Assembly: GCF_016433145.1 (NCBI RefSeq)
Contig: NC_058132.1
Span: 269,625,660-269,689,659, forward strand
Source of the DNA: Gracilinanus agilis
Lineage: Eukaryota
DNA length: 64,000 nt
Reading direction: 5' to 3'
Positions 51,362 to 64,000 of the stretch are shown piece by piece. Under the pieces are notes generated by a model. That model did not search any database. It was not told where the DNA came from and saw nothing but the letters and a program-made list of their open reading frames with translations. The stretch's first letter is position 1, and each line of letters starts with the position of its first letter. The translations under genes and the position numbers were made by a program.

Positions 51362-52776
51362 AAAGAGTTTAGAGTCTAAAAGGAGGGATGATGAAGTACA
51401 CAAATACCTTTACTATAAAGCAGCAGGATTAATCCCATACACTTCCCTTTTAAACATTCTCAGAATGTTACTATAAAATATTAAGCTACATATCTTAACT
51501 TATGCCACCAAAAGCCATGGATGTTCTTGCAAATGGATTCTGTTAGTTGCTCTCACTTAAAATAGGAAAGTTCTTGAGTTGCGTGATTTGCTCAGATTCC
51601 TCATCCACAAATTATACAGGTATTTCTGTTGTAGCTTTCATAAGATAGCCTAGGATCATTTTAGAGGTTATTCAATACAGGCATTTTCTTCATTTTCATA
51701 TTAGTTGGATGCAACAGGAAACAGATATTTCCTCGATTTATTTGTAAATGAAGAGACAAGCTTGGCATTACGTGAACTAACTGTTTAGCAGAGGATTCCA
51801 CAGGCAGAGAGCATAGTCAGAATGCCCTAGCACCAAATGCCTTAAGATTATATCAAGGGCAGATTAAATTTCTTGTTGAGTCATATTTCAGTTACACAAC
51901 CAACCACATTACATTTTTATTCAAAAAGAATTTTTGAAGGTAATGTTGTTATACAGAACACAATTGTCCATCATGGATTGGAAGTACTTAACAGGTCATT
52001 CAGCCCTTTTCTGAAATGACCTGGAAAAATTCTTATAATACACCTTCTAATATTTTCTTCATGCTTGTTTTTTTAATTAAATTTACTATTCATATTCACC
52101 AAAACTAATTTCAGTGATAATAGTTACTTACCAAAAGAATGAAAGCAAATAGTTTTTTTCAGAATAACTAGAAAACCCTGAATAGATGGGATTGACGATC
52201 TTAGGTTTCTATCAAGGGCAATGTAAGCAAATTCCAAAACCCTCCTCTCACTGATTGGAGAAGGGGATGGGGAAGAAAAAGTTATGGGTAAGAAAGGTAA
52301 TATTCCTAGTGCCAGGAAGTTAATGCTGGGCTCTGAGACAATACTGATAAGGTTATTTTTGACTCCAGTCTTGGATCCAGGCATAACTTGGTTTATTAGA
52401 AGCTTTGAAATAAAATTCAAGTTTCATTGGACCTGATCCTTTAGGAAGTAGTGTGAGTAAAATGGTTGTGGGAAGGAGGTGAAGGTTAATCCTGACAGGT
52501 AGATTAATTTTCCACATGCTAGGTGAAATGCTGTGTCTAGTTTGTGGCTCCATGTTTTGTGAGGGGGAAAAAATTGATGAAATTTCTAAGCACAGCAGCC
52601 AACATGACTTAAAGCCTAGAAAATATGCCCAGTAGAGTATTAATAGTTGAATACAAATATTATTTGGCTTGAATGTATATTGCATATAGTTTGAATTCTA
52701 GCTCTAATAATCTAATAAGTATACTTATTAGACGCAAACCAGTAGATGTCACCTCATTGTTCTGAACCTTTGTTTA

Positions 52777-55504
52777 ATTATTTGTAAAATGAAATAATAA
52801 CTTACTACCTATTTTATAGGGTTATTATAAAGGGGAAGGGAAGGAGCATATATTAAGTGTTTATTTTGTGCCAGGCACTAAACTAAACCATTTACAAATA
52901 TTATCTCATTTGATCTTCACAACAACCCCATATGGTAGGTGCTAATATTCCAATTTTACAATTAAGGAATCTGAGGTAGATAAAAGTTAAATGTTTTATC
53001 AAGGACTACATAGGTAGTAAGTGTCTAAGTCACATTTGTAATCAAGTTTTCCTGTCAAAGTTCAGGAGTCTAGCCACTTCACAGTCTTTGTAATCTTAAG
53101 CTTTTAAATAAAGGTGAATTATTAATAATTTCATTAACAATTAGAAATTAAGATATAGATTAATTTAGCCTTAAAAATGAAAACTGAGTCAGATTAATGA
53201 ATTCTTTCAATCAAATGATAGTTTATTATCTAGAATAAAATTATTATTATCTATTTTTACATAGAATAAAGTTATTGCTTTTCCTAGAGACCAGAGAAAG
53301 AAGAAATGAATTAAAATTACTTCCTAAGTTTTTTTAGAAGGATAAATTAAAGAAATATTCTTTGGCGAATAAAAAGTTAATTGGCACCCAAACATTTAAC
53401 TGAAAGTTTGTGTAATCTTTTTCTGTCCCCAAAATTAATTTAACAAATCAAAATTAGGTCTAGGACTAGTTAAACATTTTGTTTGAAAGTGAGAATATGG
53501 ACTAGTAGATTAGTAAGGGAATTCTAACCCCTCCTATCAGAGGGGTTCAAAGAAGCCAAAATTAGGTAGGTTGTTTTTTTTTTTTTTCTGAGTTTGAGAC
53601 CCCTGCTTTAAATTCTCCTCCTCTTTGAAAAGATCTGCTTTCTTTGTACTCTCCAAAAAATTCTACCCTTCTTCTCACTCTATTCTCAATCCATTTCTGA
53701 TTCTCTCCCTTTTTTTGCTAATTAGTACAATAAGACATATTTAAACAAGAGAATTAAGATTATTAATTATATTTTTGCTGCATATCGATTCAATTTTGAT
53801 AATATTTTAGAATGTACAATCACTTCTGTTGTGGTTTCAAGAGATCTGAGATCAAACTACATTCTATGAAACTTGTCTGATTCATAGACCTGACAATTCT
53901 GTGTTAAGTGCTATCAAAAACATTGATATAAATTAATCAAGAATAAGGATTGTTTTGTTTCAGTACATAAACTATCGATAACCACAATATACCTTCCATT
54001 TAGTAAATGGTTACTCTGTACCCAGCACTGTGCACTGGGGAATTCAAAGAAAGATCAGAAAAGTTCCTACCCTCAAGGAGCTTACAACATAAAACAATTT
54101 GCTCCTTAGGAGTAGAAATTGCTACTTGGTTTTTTAAATTAATCTGCGTATGATAAATGCTTTTATTCATACATACATATTATATATAGTGTATTATAAA
54201 ATATATAGTTATATGTTTATATAGAAATAAATGTACACATTCATATTTACTATATATTTATATTTTAATAGAATATATTTTTAAATAATTTGATATATTC
54301 AAATGTATATTTAGATATTTTAATAAAATATTTGTATATTTTAAAACATTTCCACATTTATCTACTTATATATTATAGCATAATTACCTTTAATTATAAT
54401 ATGTACTAATAATTATCTGTAATTACACATTTATAATTATGTGTAATTATAATATATTAATAATTATGTTATATATTTTATATTACATTAAATATATAAC
54501 TACATATATATGTATGTGAATATATGAAATCCAACAGGGAAAATAAAAAAATTAGTCATATATCATTCCATTTATACAAAAATGTTTTTAACAACGTATA
54601 GTGATAGTATATAAAACAATATTGTTGTCTTGGATAATTGCAAGAGACGTTGCTCGCCTTGCATCAAAAAGGTTTCAATCTTTTCTTTTTCTTATAGTGG
54701 TGATAGAGCATAATAACTCACTTTTGTAAAATACTTTACTGTATAACTAATCCTTCTCTCACATCAACCAGTAAAGTTAGTAAAGTTAATATTATTATCT
54801 CCATTTTATAGATGAGAAACCTGAAATTTAGAGAGGTTAGAGACTTTCCCAAGGTCATCATCAGAGCTGGGACTACAGCCCAGGTAGAGTCTAACTCTAA
54901 GTTTAGTGATCTTTCAAGCCTTCTGCTTGACTTCTACTCAGACTTTCTTATTCAAAATTGTTTGATATTAATAATAAAAAATCAAAGGTTCTATCCATCA
55001 CATCACAATTCATAGGATCATAGAATTTTGGGAGCTGAAAGGGATCCCAGAAATCTAATCTATCTCCTTTTTCAGAACTGCTAAAATTAAGGCTTAAGAA
55101 GTTATTTGCCCAAAGAAAGAGGTACAAGATTTTAGAGGTATATCTAATTGAAATAACTGTATTTCCAAGTTTGCCTAAGCCCTGATCATAATCAGTCATT
55201 CGAGAAGGTGTCATGCTTTCCATTCCCCTGAGATATGGGCACAGGTAATTGGATTTTGAGGATAATGGAAAAAAAGGAAGAGAGTAGACACAATTTAGCC
55301 TGTGATCATGAAAGAGGGATAAGAATGAATATGGCATTGAAATGATCAAGATGAACAAATGGTGTTAAGATATGGCAAACCAAGAAAGACATGGAGATAT
55401 TGAATGGGAACCTGAGTAATAGAGACTTGTGGGAACAGACAATGGTAGAGATGTCAACAGTGATGACCCAAATTCTCCCCACATAAAAGCATTAGTATCC
55501 AAAG
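52777..55504. repeat. Tandem duplication, copy 1 (2728 bp)
   Basis: Matches 55506-58233 at a constant offset of 2729, also seen as duplicated ORFs 54812/57541 and 54948/57677. The only differences I found were 54491 a/57220 t and 54512 g/57241 t. Confidence 0.98.
54130..54530. repeat. AT-rich low-complexity tract (duplicated at about 56860-57260)
   Basis: Dominated by degenerate TA, TAA and TATT repeats. Confidence 0.9.
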
Positions 55505-55505
55505 N

Positions 55506-58233
55506 ATTATTTGTAAAATGAAATAATAACTTACTACCTATTTTATAGGGTTATTATAAAGGGGAAGGGAAGGAGCATATATTAAGTGTTTATTTTGTGC
55601 CAGGCACTAAACTAAACCATTTACAAATATTATCTCATTTGATCTTCACAACAACCCCATATGGTAGGTGCTAATATTCCAATTTTACAATTAAGGAATC
55701 TGAGGTAGATAAAAGTTAAATGTTTTATCAAGGACTACATAGGTAGTAAGTGTCTAAGTCACATTTGTAATCAAGTTTTCCTGTCAAAGTTCAGGAGTCT
55801 AGCCACTTCACAGTCTTTGTAATCTTAAGCTTTTAAATAAAGGTGAATTATTAATAATTTCATTAACAATTAGAAATTAAGATATAGATTAATTTAGCCT
55901 TAAAAATGAAAACTGAGTCAGATTAATGAATTCTTTCAATCAAATGATAGTTTATTATCTAGAATAAAATTATTATTATCTATTTTTACATAGAATAAAG
56001 TTATTGCTTTTCCTAGAGACCAGAGAAAGAAGAAATGAATTAAAATTACTTCCTAAGTTTTTTTAGAAGGATAAATTAAAGAAATATTCTTTGGCGAATA
56101 AAAAGTTAATTGGCACCCAAACATTTAACTGAAAGTTTGTGTAATCTTTTTCTGTCCCCAAAATTAATTTAACAAATCAAAATTAGGTCTAGGACTAGTT
56201 AAACATTTTGTTTGAAAGTGAGAATATGGACTAGTAGATTAGTAAGGGAATTCTAACCCCTCCTATCAGAGGGGTTCAAAGAAGCCAAAATTAGGTAGGT
56301 TGTTTTTTTTTTTTTTCTGAGTTTGAGACCCCTGCTTTAAATTCTCCTCCTCTTTGAAAAGATCTGCTTTCTTTGTACTCTCCAAAAAATTCTACCCTTC
56401 TTCTCACTCTATTCTCAATCCATTTCTGATTCTCTCCCTTTTTTTGCTAATTAGTACAATAAGACATATTTAAACAAGAGAATTAAGATTATTAATTATA
56501 TTTTTGCTGCATATCGATTCAATTTTGATAATATTTTAGAATGTACAATCACTTCTGTTGTGGTTTCAAGAGATCTGAGATCAAACTACATTCTATGAAA
56601 CTTGTCTGATTCATAGACCTGACAATTCTGTGTTAAGTGCTATCAAAAACATTGATATAAATTAATCAAGAATAAGGATTGTTTTGTTTCAGTACATAAA
56701 CTATCGATAACCACAATATACCTTCCATTTAGTAAATGGTTACTCTGTACCCAGCACTGTGCACTGGGGAATTCAAAGAAAGATCAGAAAAGTTCCTACC
56801 CTCAAGGAGCTTACAACATAAAACAATTTGCTCCTTAGGAGTAGAAATTGCTACTTGGTTTTTTAAATTAATCTGCGTATGATAAATGCTTTTATTCATA
56901 CATACATATTATATATAGTGTATTATAAAATATATAGTTATATGTTTATATAGAAATAAATGTACACATTCATATTTACTATATATTTATATTTTAATAG
57001 AATATATTTTTAAATAATTTGATATATTCAAATGTATATTTAGATATTTTAATAAAATATTTGTATATTTTAAAACATTTCCACATTTATCTACTTATAT
57101 ATTATAGCATAATTACCTTTAATTATAATATGTACTAATAATTATCTGTAATTACACATTTATAATTATGTGTAATTATAATATATTAATAATTATGTTA
57201 TATATTTTATATTACATTATATATATAACTACATATATATTTATGTGAATATATGAAATCCAACAGGGAAAATAAAAAAATTAGTCATATATCATTCCAT
57301 TTATACAAAAATGTTTTTAACAACGTATAGTGATAGTATATAAAACAATATTGTTGTCTTGGATAATTGCAAGAGACGTTGCTCGCCTTGCATCAAAAAG
57401 GTTTCAATCTTTTCTTTTTCTTATAGTGGTGATAGAGCATAATAACTCACTTTTGTAAAATACTTTACTGTATAACTAATCCTTCTCTCACATCAACCAG
57501 TAAAGTTAGTAAAGTTAATATTATTATCTCCATTTTATAGATGAGAAACCTGAAATTTAGAGAGGTTAGAGACTTTCCCAAGGTCATCATCAGAGCTGGG
57601 ACTACAGCCCAGGTAGAGTCTAACTCTAAGTTTAGTGATCTTTCAAGCCTTCTGCTTGACTTCTACTCAGACTTTCTTATTCAAAATTGTTTGATATTAA
57701 TAATAAAAAATCAAAGGTTCTATCCATCACATCACAATTCATAGGATCATAGAATTTTGGGAGCTGAAAGGGATCCCAGAAATCTAATCTATCTCCTTTT
57801 TCAGAACTGCTAAAATTAAGGCTTAAGAAGTTATTTGCCCAAAGAAAGAGGTACAAGATTTTAGAGGTATATCTAATTGAAATAACTGTATTTCCAAGTT
57901 TGCCTAAGCCCTGATCATAATCAGTCATTCGAGAAGGTGTCATGCTTTCCATTCCCCTGAGATATGGGCACAGGTAATTGGATTTTGAGGATAATGGAAA
58001 AAAAGGAAGAGAGTAGACACAATTTAGCCTGTGATCATGAAAGAGGGATAAGAATGAATATGGCATTGAAATGATCAAGATGAACAAATGGTGTTAAGAT
58101 ATGGCAAACCAAGAAAGACATGGAGATATTGAATGGGAACCTGAGTAATAGAGACTTGTGGGAACAGACAATGGTAGAGATGTCAACAGTGATGACCCAA
58201 ATTCTCCCCACATAAAAGCATTAGTATCCAAAG
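55506..58233. repeat. Tandem duplication, copy 2 (2728 bp), preceded by a single N at 55505
   Basis: As for copy 1. Confidence 0.98.
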
Positions 58234-58489
58234 AAATTATTTCCCAAGTACTCTGTAAGGAAAGAACGGAAAATATATCTACTCGGGAATATGCATTATA
58301 TTATTTCACAATTATTTTGCTGCATCTTTTAGTTCTGATTTAATATTTTACTGGTATTTCTTTTGCCTATCACCAGTTAGTAAGGTAGTCAACTGCAGAT
58401 ATAGACTTAAATTACATTAGAAGTTCCAATGGTCAGCTGAAAAACTGAGTAGAACCAAGAGAACAGAAATATTGCAAGATGATCAACTA

Positions 58490-58845
58490 CTAAGAACTAA
58501 ATGATTATTAGTAAAACAAAGTGTAAGAAAACTAACAAAAAATGCTTTCCCCAGTCAAAGAAGGAACTGTGGGTATCTGACTGTAGATCAAAGCATGCCA
58601 TTTTTATTTTGTTTCCTTCATTAGTTTTTTTATTATATGTGTGATATGTCTTTTGATATAGTATGAGGAATATGGAAATATGTATTACATGAAAGCATTG
58701 GCACAACCTATAAGAGATTAGTTACCTCCTCAGGAAATAGAGGCAAGAGAATTAGGGAGGGAGAGAATCTGAATTGCAAAATATCAGAAAACAATTGTAA
58801 AAAAAACGATTCCTATGTGTAATTAAAAAAAGAAAAGAAAAGTTT
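58490..58845 (+). mobile_element. Old L1 3' end
   Basis: Paralogue of 23490-23850; A-rich tail. Confidence 0.8.
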
Positions 58846-59228
58846 GAAATGAAAAAAGTTCCAAAGTTAAAACTGAATAAGGAAAATGAGACAAGGCACA
58901 TTATTTTGTAAAATTAGCAAAAAAGCCTATAGCATCCATAATCTAACTCTGTGTCCAAACATCAACATAACCGCCTATTAAAGTAAAGCTATAAACATTT
59001 CCTCAGAACATTTGACAAAAGGATTTCTACAAGGGAATTCCTGCATGATCTTGAGAAGCAGTGGCCTAAAGTCTTTGACTTTTATAACTTTCCCACATAT
59101 TAAAAATATTCCAGGATAATATGGGCTCACAAATTTCTAAGAAAGTCAAAACAGCTCTCAAAAGGCCAATCCAACTAAACCTATTTGGGATCATGTTCAC
59201 CATTCTTGTTTCCCCAATTACAGAAATA

Positions 59229-59732
59229 CAAGTATTCCTTAAATTATAGAAACCAAAAAGCAGTTCTGGTGATTCACCTGTATTAAAGAAAAGGAAATTC
59301 ATAACTTTAGAAGTGAAATTAGACATAATCAAGGACCAGTACCATCAGCCTCTAAAGCCCTTGAAAGCCCCCAGAAGTGCCCTTCAGAATCTCTGCAAAA
59401 ATCTCCATCTACACCCTCTTCCTCTTCTAATTGAACCTGCTTTTCTTCAAGCACCAACATTCAAGAGAAATTAAAAATGATTTCTTATTCAATTTTATTG
59501 TTTTCTGTTTCATGTAATTACTAGTATTAAAACACGCTTGTTTTCTATTATTCTTTCATTATAAATGTACAGCAATTCAGCAAATCATGACAAAAAAGGC
59601 TTTTTTTTAATAGTCTGGGAATCTAATAACCATTTATAATATTGTGACCCCAGAGAAATGTATTCTGAGTTACAAACTCCCTTGCAGACAAACATTGGAA
59701 ACACAACTCACTTGTAAGTTATGGATTGCCTG
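59229..59732 (+). mobile_element. Tigger/pogo-type internally deleted DNA transposon (504 bp)
   Basis: TA flanks at 59227-59228 and 59733-59734; 20-bp TIRs match 14/20; 59286-59333 encodes 'KKRKFITLEVKLDIIK', a Tigger/CENP-B N-terminal HTH motif. Confidence 0.75.
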
Positions 59733-59860
59733 TATTCTGAGCATGGAAATTATTGGGGCTTGATTCAATTAAGCATCCAAAAGTCCAAGTCTCTGTCATG
59801 GAAATACATACAAACCATTTGTTACCAGATATGATTGTACTGCTAGCCCACTCTAACAAA

Positions 59861-59900
59861 TGAATGAATGAATGAATGAATGAATGAATGAATGAATGAA
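59861..59900. repeat. (TGAA)10 microsatellite
   Basis: Perfect tetranucleotide run, possibly an expanded L2 tail. Confidence 0.97.
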
Positions 59901-60085
59901 ATTCAGCAATGAACATCTAAATGAAAAAAAATTACTCAGTTTTTGTTATGTGTTGGGCACTAGGTAGGATAAATATTGGGGATATAAGGAGAAAAAGAAA
60001 AACAATCTTTTCTCTCAAGGTACTTATCTATAAAGGGTCTAACAAGAGGCAACCAAATACATAAGTGAGTGTTATGAACTGGAAA

Positions 60086-60319
60086 GGGACAGCTAGGTGG
60101 CACAGAGGATAGAAGAGTATAAGATCTGGAGTCAGGAAAATGTGAGTTCAAAGTCAGCCTTGGACATTTCCCAGCTGTGTGACTCTGGGCAAATCACTTG
60201 TTTGCCTTAGTTTTCTCATCTGTAAAATGAGCTAGAGAAAGAAATGGCAAATCACTCCAGTATTTTTGCTGAGAAAATCCCAAAGAAGTTGAACACAACA
60301 GAAATGACTGAACAACAAC
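60086..60319 (+). mobile_element. MAR1-type SINE
   Basis: 'gggacagctaggtggcacagaggatag...ctcatctgtaaaatgagctagagaaagaaatggcaaatcactcc...gactgaacaacaac'. Confidence 0.88.
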
Positions 60320-63057
60320 GATGGAATAGAAAATCACAAAGATGGTAAGAGAAGCCATATCATAATTGATTGACAGGTTCTCTCCAGGAACTGTAGTGTT
60401 AGGTTAATGATTGTTCTAGAGCACTATGGTGACTCTGCAGAGTCAAGGCATGGAAAGATCATCTATATTTTTTATTTTATAGAAAAAACATCTTAAGATT
60501 TATGAAACACTGCATCCATGATACTTTTAGGTTGTCATAGGGTACCAGGCACTGTGTTAAGCAATGGGGTAATGTTAAGCCAGAGGTAGCTCATACTCTG
60601 TTGGAGGAGTTTAGAATATCACTGGTCTCATTATTTCCATTTTATAGATGAGAGACCTGAGGCTCATTGAGGCTAAGTGGCTTATCAATGGTCATACCAA
60701 TAGTGTCAGAGGCAGGATTCAAACCCAGGGCTCTCCTGGTTCCAAGCCTGATATGTTCTTCACCATGATAAATTATGTGTTCTATTCACCCATTATAAAC
60801 TGTTATTCGGTCAGAGAAAAATTAGAACAATGCCCCCCTCACTAAATTAGCTAAAAGCCAATAAAAAGTATTCTTGGGAGGAAATGGAAATAGAAGAATT
60901 TAGGAACAAAGAAGAGGGCATGCAGGGTTGAACATAGTATCAGGCAGACTGAGGTTAATATTCTTCCTCTGCTACTAGCTGTATAACCTTCCCCCACACA
61001 CACACCAAAATTGCTCATCCTCTCTGAGCCACAATTTTCATTTCTTTATAATGGGAACAATACTAAAACCTATAGTGTATATATAATATATGATTATATA
61101 TTAATTAATATGTTAATTAATTATATAATAAATCTTTTAGGAAGGATTTATTAGTAAGGCTAAAATTGTAAGATGTATATAAAAGGGTTTTACACATTTT
61201 CCAGTAGATGAGGCTCTTTAAGATAGAGACTAATTTTACTTTGCATCTGTATCCCCCCTGACACCTATTTGTTGAATTAAGGTGAACTGCATTTAGTAAG
61301 AGAGAGTTGAGGAAAATAAATCTTAATAAATAAATAAAATTTTACTTTTTAAGTTCCCTACAGTCTTCTGAAGGAGACCTAGGAAAGCAATTTTTCATGG
61401 CATCCTGGATCTTCATGATGTTCCATCCTAAAACCTAATCAACTAATATCCGAGAAAGTAAGAAATCCTTTTTAGAATTGCTATTAGTCCAAGCATTTCA
61501 GGTTGGCCATCTGATTAAGTGACAGTGGCAATACTCTTTAGAAACATTTAGGTTTAAAAATAAATATCTCCAGGAAAAAAAATATGCTGGGAACCATTAT
61601 TATTTATAACTTGAGCATCATGCTGGAAAATGTCACATGCATTTTGCCTGAATTATCATTTCTATGTGAGAATGCCTGTCATACCAGTTATCCTAGGACT
61701 CTGGTCTCTGTAAATTCCCTCACTCAGAGTGCAGAGGAAAAGGTGATCTCCCTATCTCCTCTCCACTCCACCCTAAGAAGCAGCAAGTTTAAATTGTTCC
61801 TTGTTTTATCCTGAAGGAAATGACATCCTCTCTCCCTGTGACTCTTCCGATTCTCTGGCTGGCCCCAAAGGTCGATGAATACATTCATGCAGAAAGGTAG
61901 ATATGACTACAGGGAGCTACCTCTTCTTTAACATAATAAGAGTTTGCATATTTTGGTCAGGAGAAATTTGTACAAGGACATATGCTTCGACAGGTAATAG
62001 TAAGCAAATTCCTTAGGTTCAAAGGGGAATCCAATGAAAATAGAGTTTAAGGGAATAACACTGGCCACAGAGCCCTGCCTAGCAGAGATGTTTGTGTTCA
62101 GTGACAAGCTCGTGCAATTGCCATAGAACTCACACAAGCTCCAGAGATGCTGTTCTCGGAAGATTATTTTCCTTTGCTTTTGGCAAGAATCTTCCTGAGG
62201 CAGAGACGGGTCTATATGTGGCTTTGATAGCTAGTGTGGTGAGGGGCAGACAAATGAGGAAAAATGAATTAGTAAATTCTATTGTATTACCATTTAAATT
62301 GAATTAATAAAGAGCTTGATTTGTCATATTAAAGAGTGATGCTAGAAAACAAGAAGGTCCAGGTTCAGACGTTCTCCAGTGATGGTGATATTCTTGCTTC
62401 AAACCTATAGAAACAGGAACGGATAGGATGTATTTAATTTTCCATGGGTAATCCATCACATCATGTCAGACAATTCTTTCTTAAGCTTCCTAAGTTCCAT
62501 TAAGCCAAGAAAGTATATATCAGGTGTAAAGAAAAATGTAGTGAACTTGGAGCCAAAAGACCTGGGTTCAAATTCTGAGTCTGCTAGTTATTAGCTATAA
62601 AATTATGGACAATCATTTTCCTTTACACAACTGTTGTGGGAAAAGTGCTTTATAAAGTGTAATGCTCTTTTCAAATGTAAATGATTATTTTTTTAAATGT
62701 AAACTCTTTGAGGTGAGGGTCTATTTCTATTTATGTCTTAGCATCACTAGCCCCTATCCTAGTGGCTGGCACAAAGGTGCTTAATAAATGCTTATAAAAT
62801 TTAATTATGATTCTTTCTCTCCCCCATAGTAACTTATACAGTCCTTTGTGGTTAATAATTATCTGATGAGTGCATCACAGAATATCACAATTGGAAGGGA
62901 AATTTGTGAGCATATATTACCAAACCATACCTGAACAAAGATTCCCTCTTCAATATACCAGACATTGTTTAAACACTTCCAGGGTAGGTGAACTCACTAT
63001 CTCACCCAAATAGTCAATATAATTCAGCACTGATTCCTAAAAAGTTTTGTATTTTTC

Positions 63058-63277
63058 CTTGTTGTTGATTAGTTACTCATTCTGATTCTTTATGATTCCA
63101 TAAGGGGTTTTCTTGGAAAAGATATTGAAGGAGTTTGCTATTTCCTTCTCTACTGGATTAATGTAATAGAGGTGAAGTGACTTATCAAGGGTCACGCAGC
63201 TACTGAGTGAGGCTGAATTTACATGCGGAACTTCCTGACTCTGTCCAGAACTCTATCCACTGAGGCACCTAGCTGCC
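63058..63277 (-). mobile_element. MAR1-type SINE
   Basis: 'ttgttgttga...ttttcttggaaaagatattg...ccactgaggcacctagctgcc'. Confidence 0.85.
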
Positions 63278-63284
63278 TCCCTCC

Positions 63285-63590
63285 TATCAAATCTAAATTT
63301 GCCTCTTGGCAACTTATTACTTATTTCTACTTCTGTCCTTAGGGACAAAGCAAGATGAATTGGATCTCTTCTTTTCTCGGGAGAACCCTTCAAATATTTA
63401 TAATATTCAATCATGTCCTCTTCTACCAAGTCTCTTCTCCAAGCTGACCATCCTCAGTTCCTTTGACATATCTTCCTAAGGCATGATTTTGAGGACCTTT
63501 GCCATCCCAGACAATGTTAGACACTACTCAGCTTATTAAAGTCCTTGCTAAAATGCAACACTAACAATTCATGTAATAGCCTATGTCCAA
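63285..63590 (-). mobile_element. L3/CR1 3' fragment
   Basis: 'aacccttcaaatattta...atcatgtcc...ctcttctccaagct...cctcagttcctttgac' is the antisense CR1 3' ORF2 region. Confidence 0.75.
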
Positions 63591-64000
63591 TTGAATGGAG
63601 AAGCTTAGACTGTAGGATCATAGACTCCCTACTGGAAAGAACTTCAGAATTTAGTGAATCCACTCCTATATGTAAATATGAAGAAAGATTCAGAGAGGTC
63701 ACTCATCCAGAATCACACTGCTATTATGCATTTGAGGTAGGGTTCAAACCCAGGTCTTCCTAACTTCAAGTCCAGAACTCTATCTATTCTGTCACATCTG
63801 ACCAAAAGAGGACATAGAAGGAATATTACTATTGGCATTTGGGTAGTTTGAGAAATTTACCACATTGGATGACTTCTCTTCCCTTTGTCCACTCAACTCA
63901 CATTCCCCTTGGCCTTTGAGGAGGCCAAGATGGGTTTTCAGAATCAATACAGGAATCATGAAAGCCATGTCCTGACCACAGTAGCTGAGTAAAAAAAACG

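Noticed and set aside
54812-58087. Duplicated ORF pairs (67 aa and 136 aa)
   Set aside because: They derive from MIR-type SINE and non-coding sequence inside the tandem duplication and are not paralogous genes.
63908-63929. 8-bp stem-loop cttggcct/aggccaag
   Set aside because: Too short for a pre-miRNA; a few such stems are expected by chance in 64 kb.

Overview
AT-rich, strongly CpG-depleted marsupial DNA, most likely the opossum Monodelphis domestica. The evidence is young SINE1_Mdo-type SINEs with intact target-site duplications (TSDs), plus MAR1/MIR CORE-SINEs and L1, L2, L3/CR1 and RTE fragments. It reads as intergenic or deep-intronic sequence. I cannot support any protein-coding gene, RNA gene or CRISPR-like array. 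The ORF track is noise or degenerate transposon sequence: L1 ORF2 at 14664-14870, hAT-Charlie transposase at 20246-20455 and CR1 at 23087-23362. Best-supported structures: (i) a 2728-bp near-identical tandem duplication (52777-55504 / 55506-58233) joined by one N and bounded by an 8-bp microhomology; (ii) an 834-bp solo LTR with 9-bp terminal inverted repeats and a 4-bp TSD (41727-42560); (iii) a Tigger-type internally deleted DNA transposon (59229-59732), a MER63-like hAT MITE and a Charlie transposase fossil; (iv) a long CR1/L3 fossil with nested insertions. Unexplained items are a ~65-bp two-unit module of CCAAT-containing hairpins (33235-33365), several repeat-free enhancer-like islands, and a few unvalidated candidate exons. 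I do not see convincing evidence of a new biological system. Repeat family names are from recognition, not from a database search, and boundaries of old repeats are approximate.
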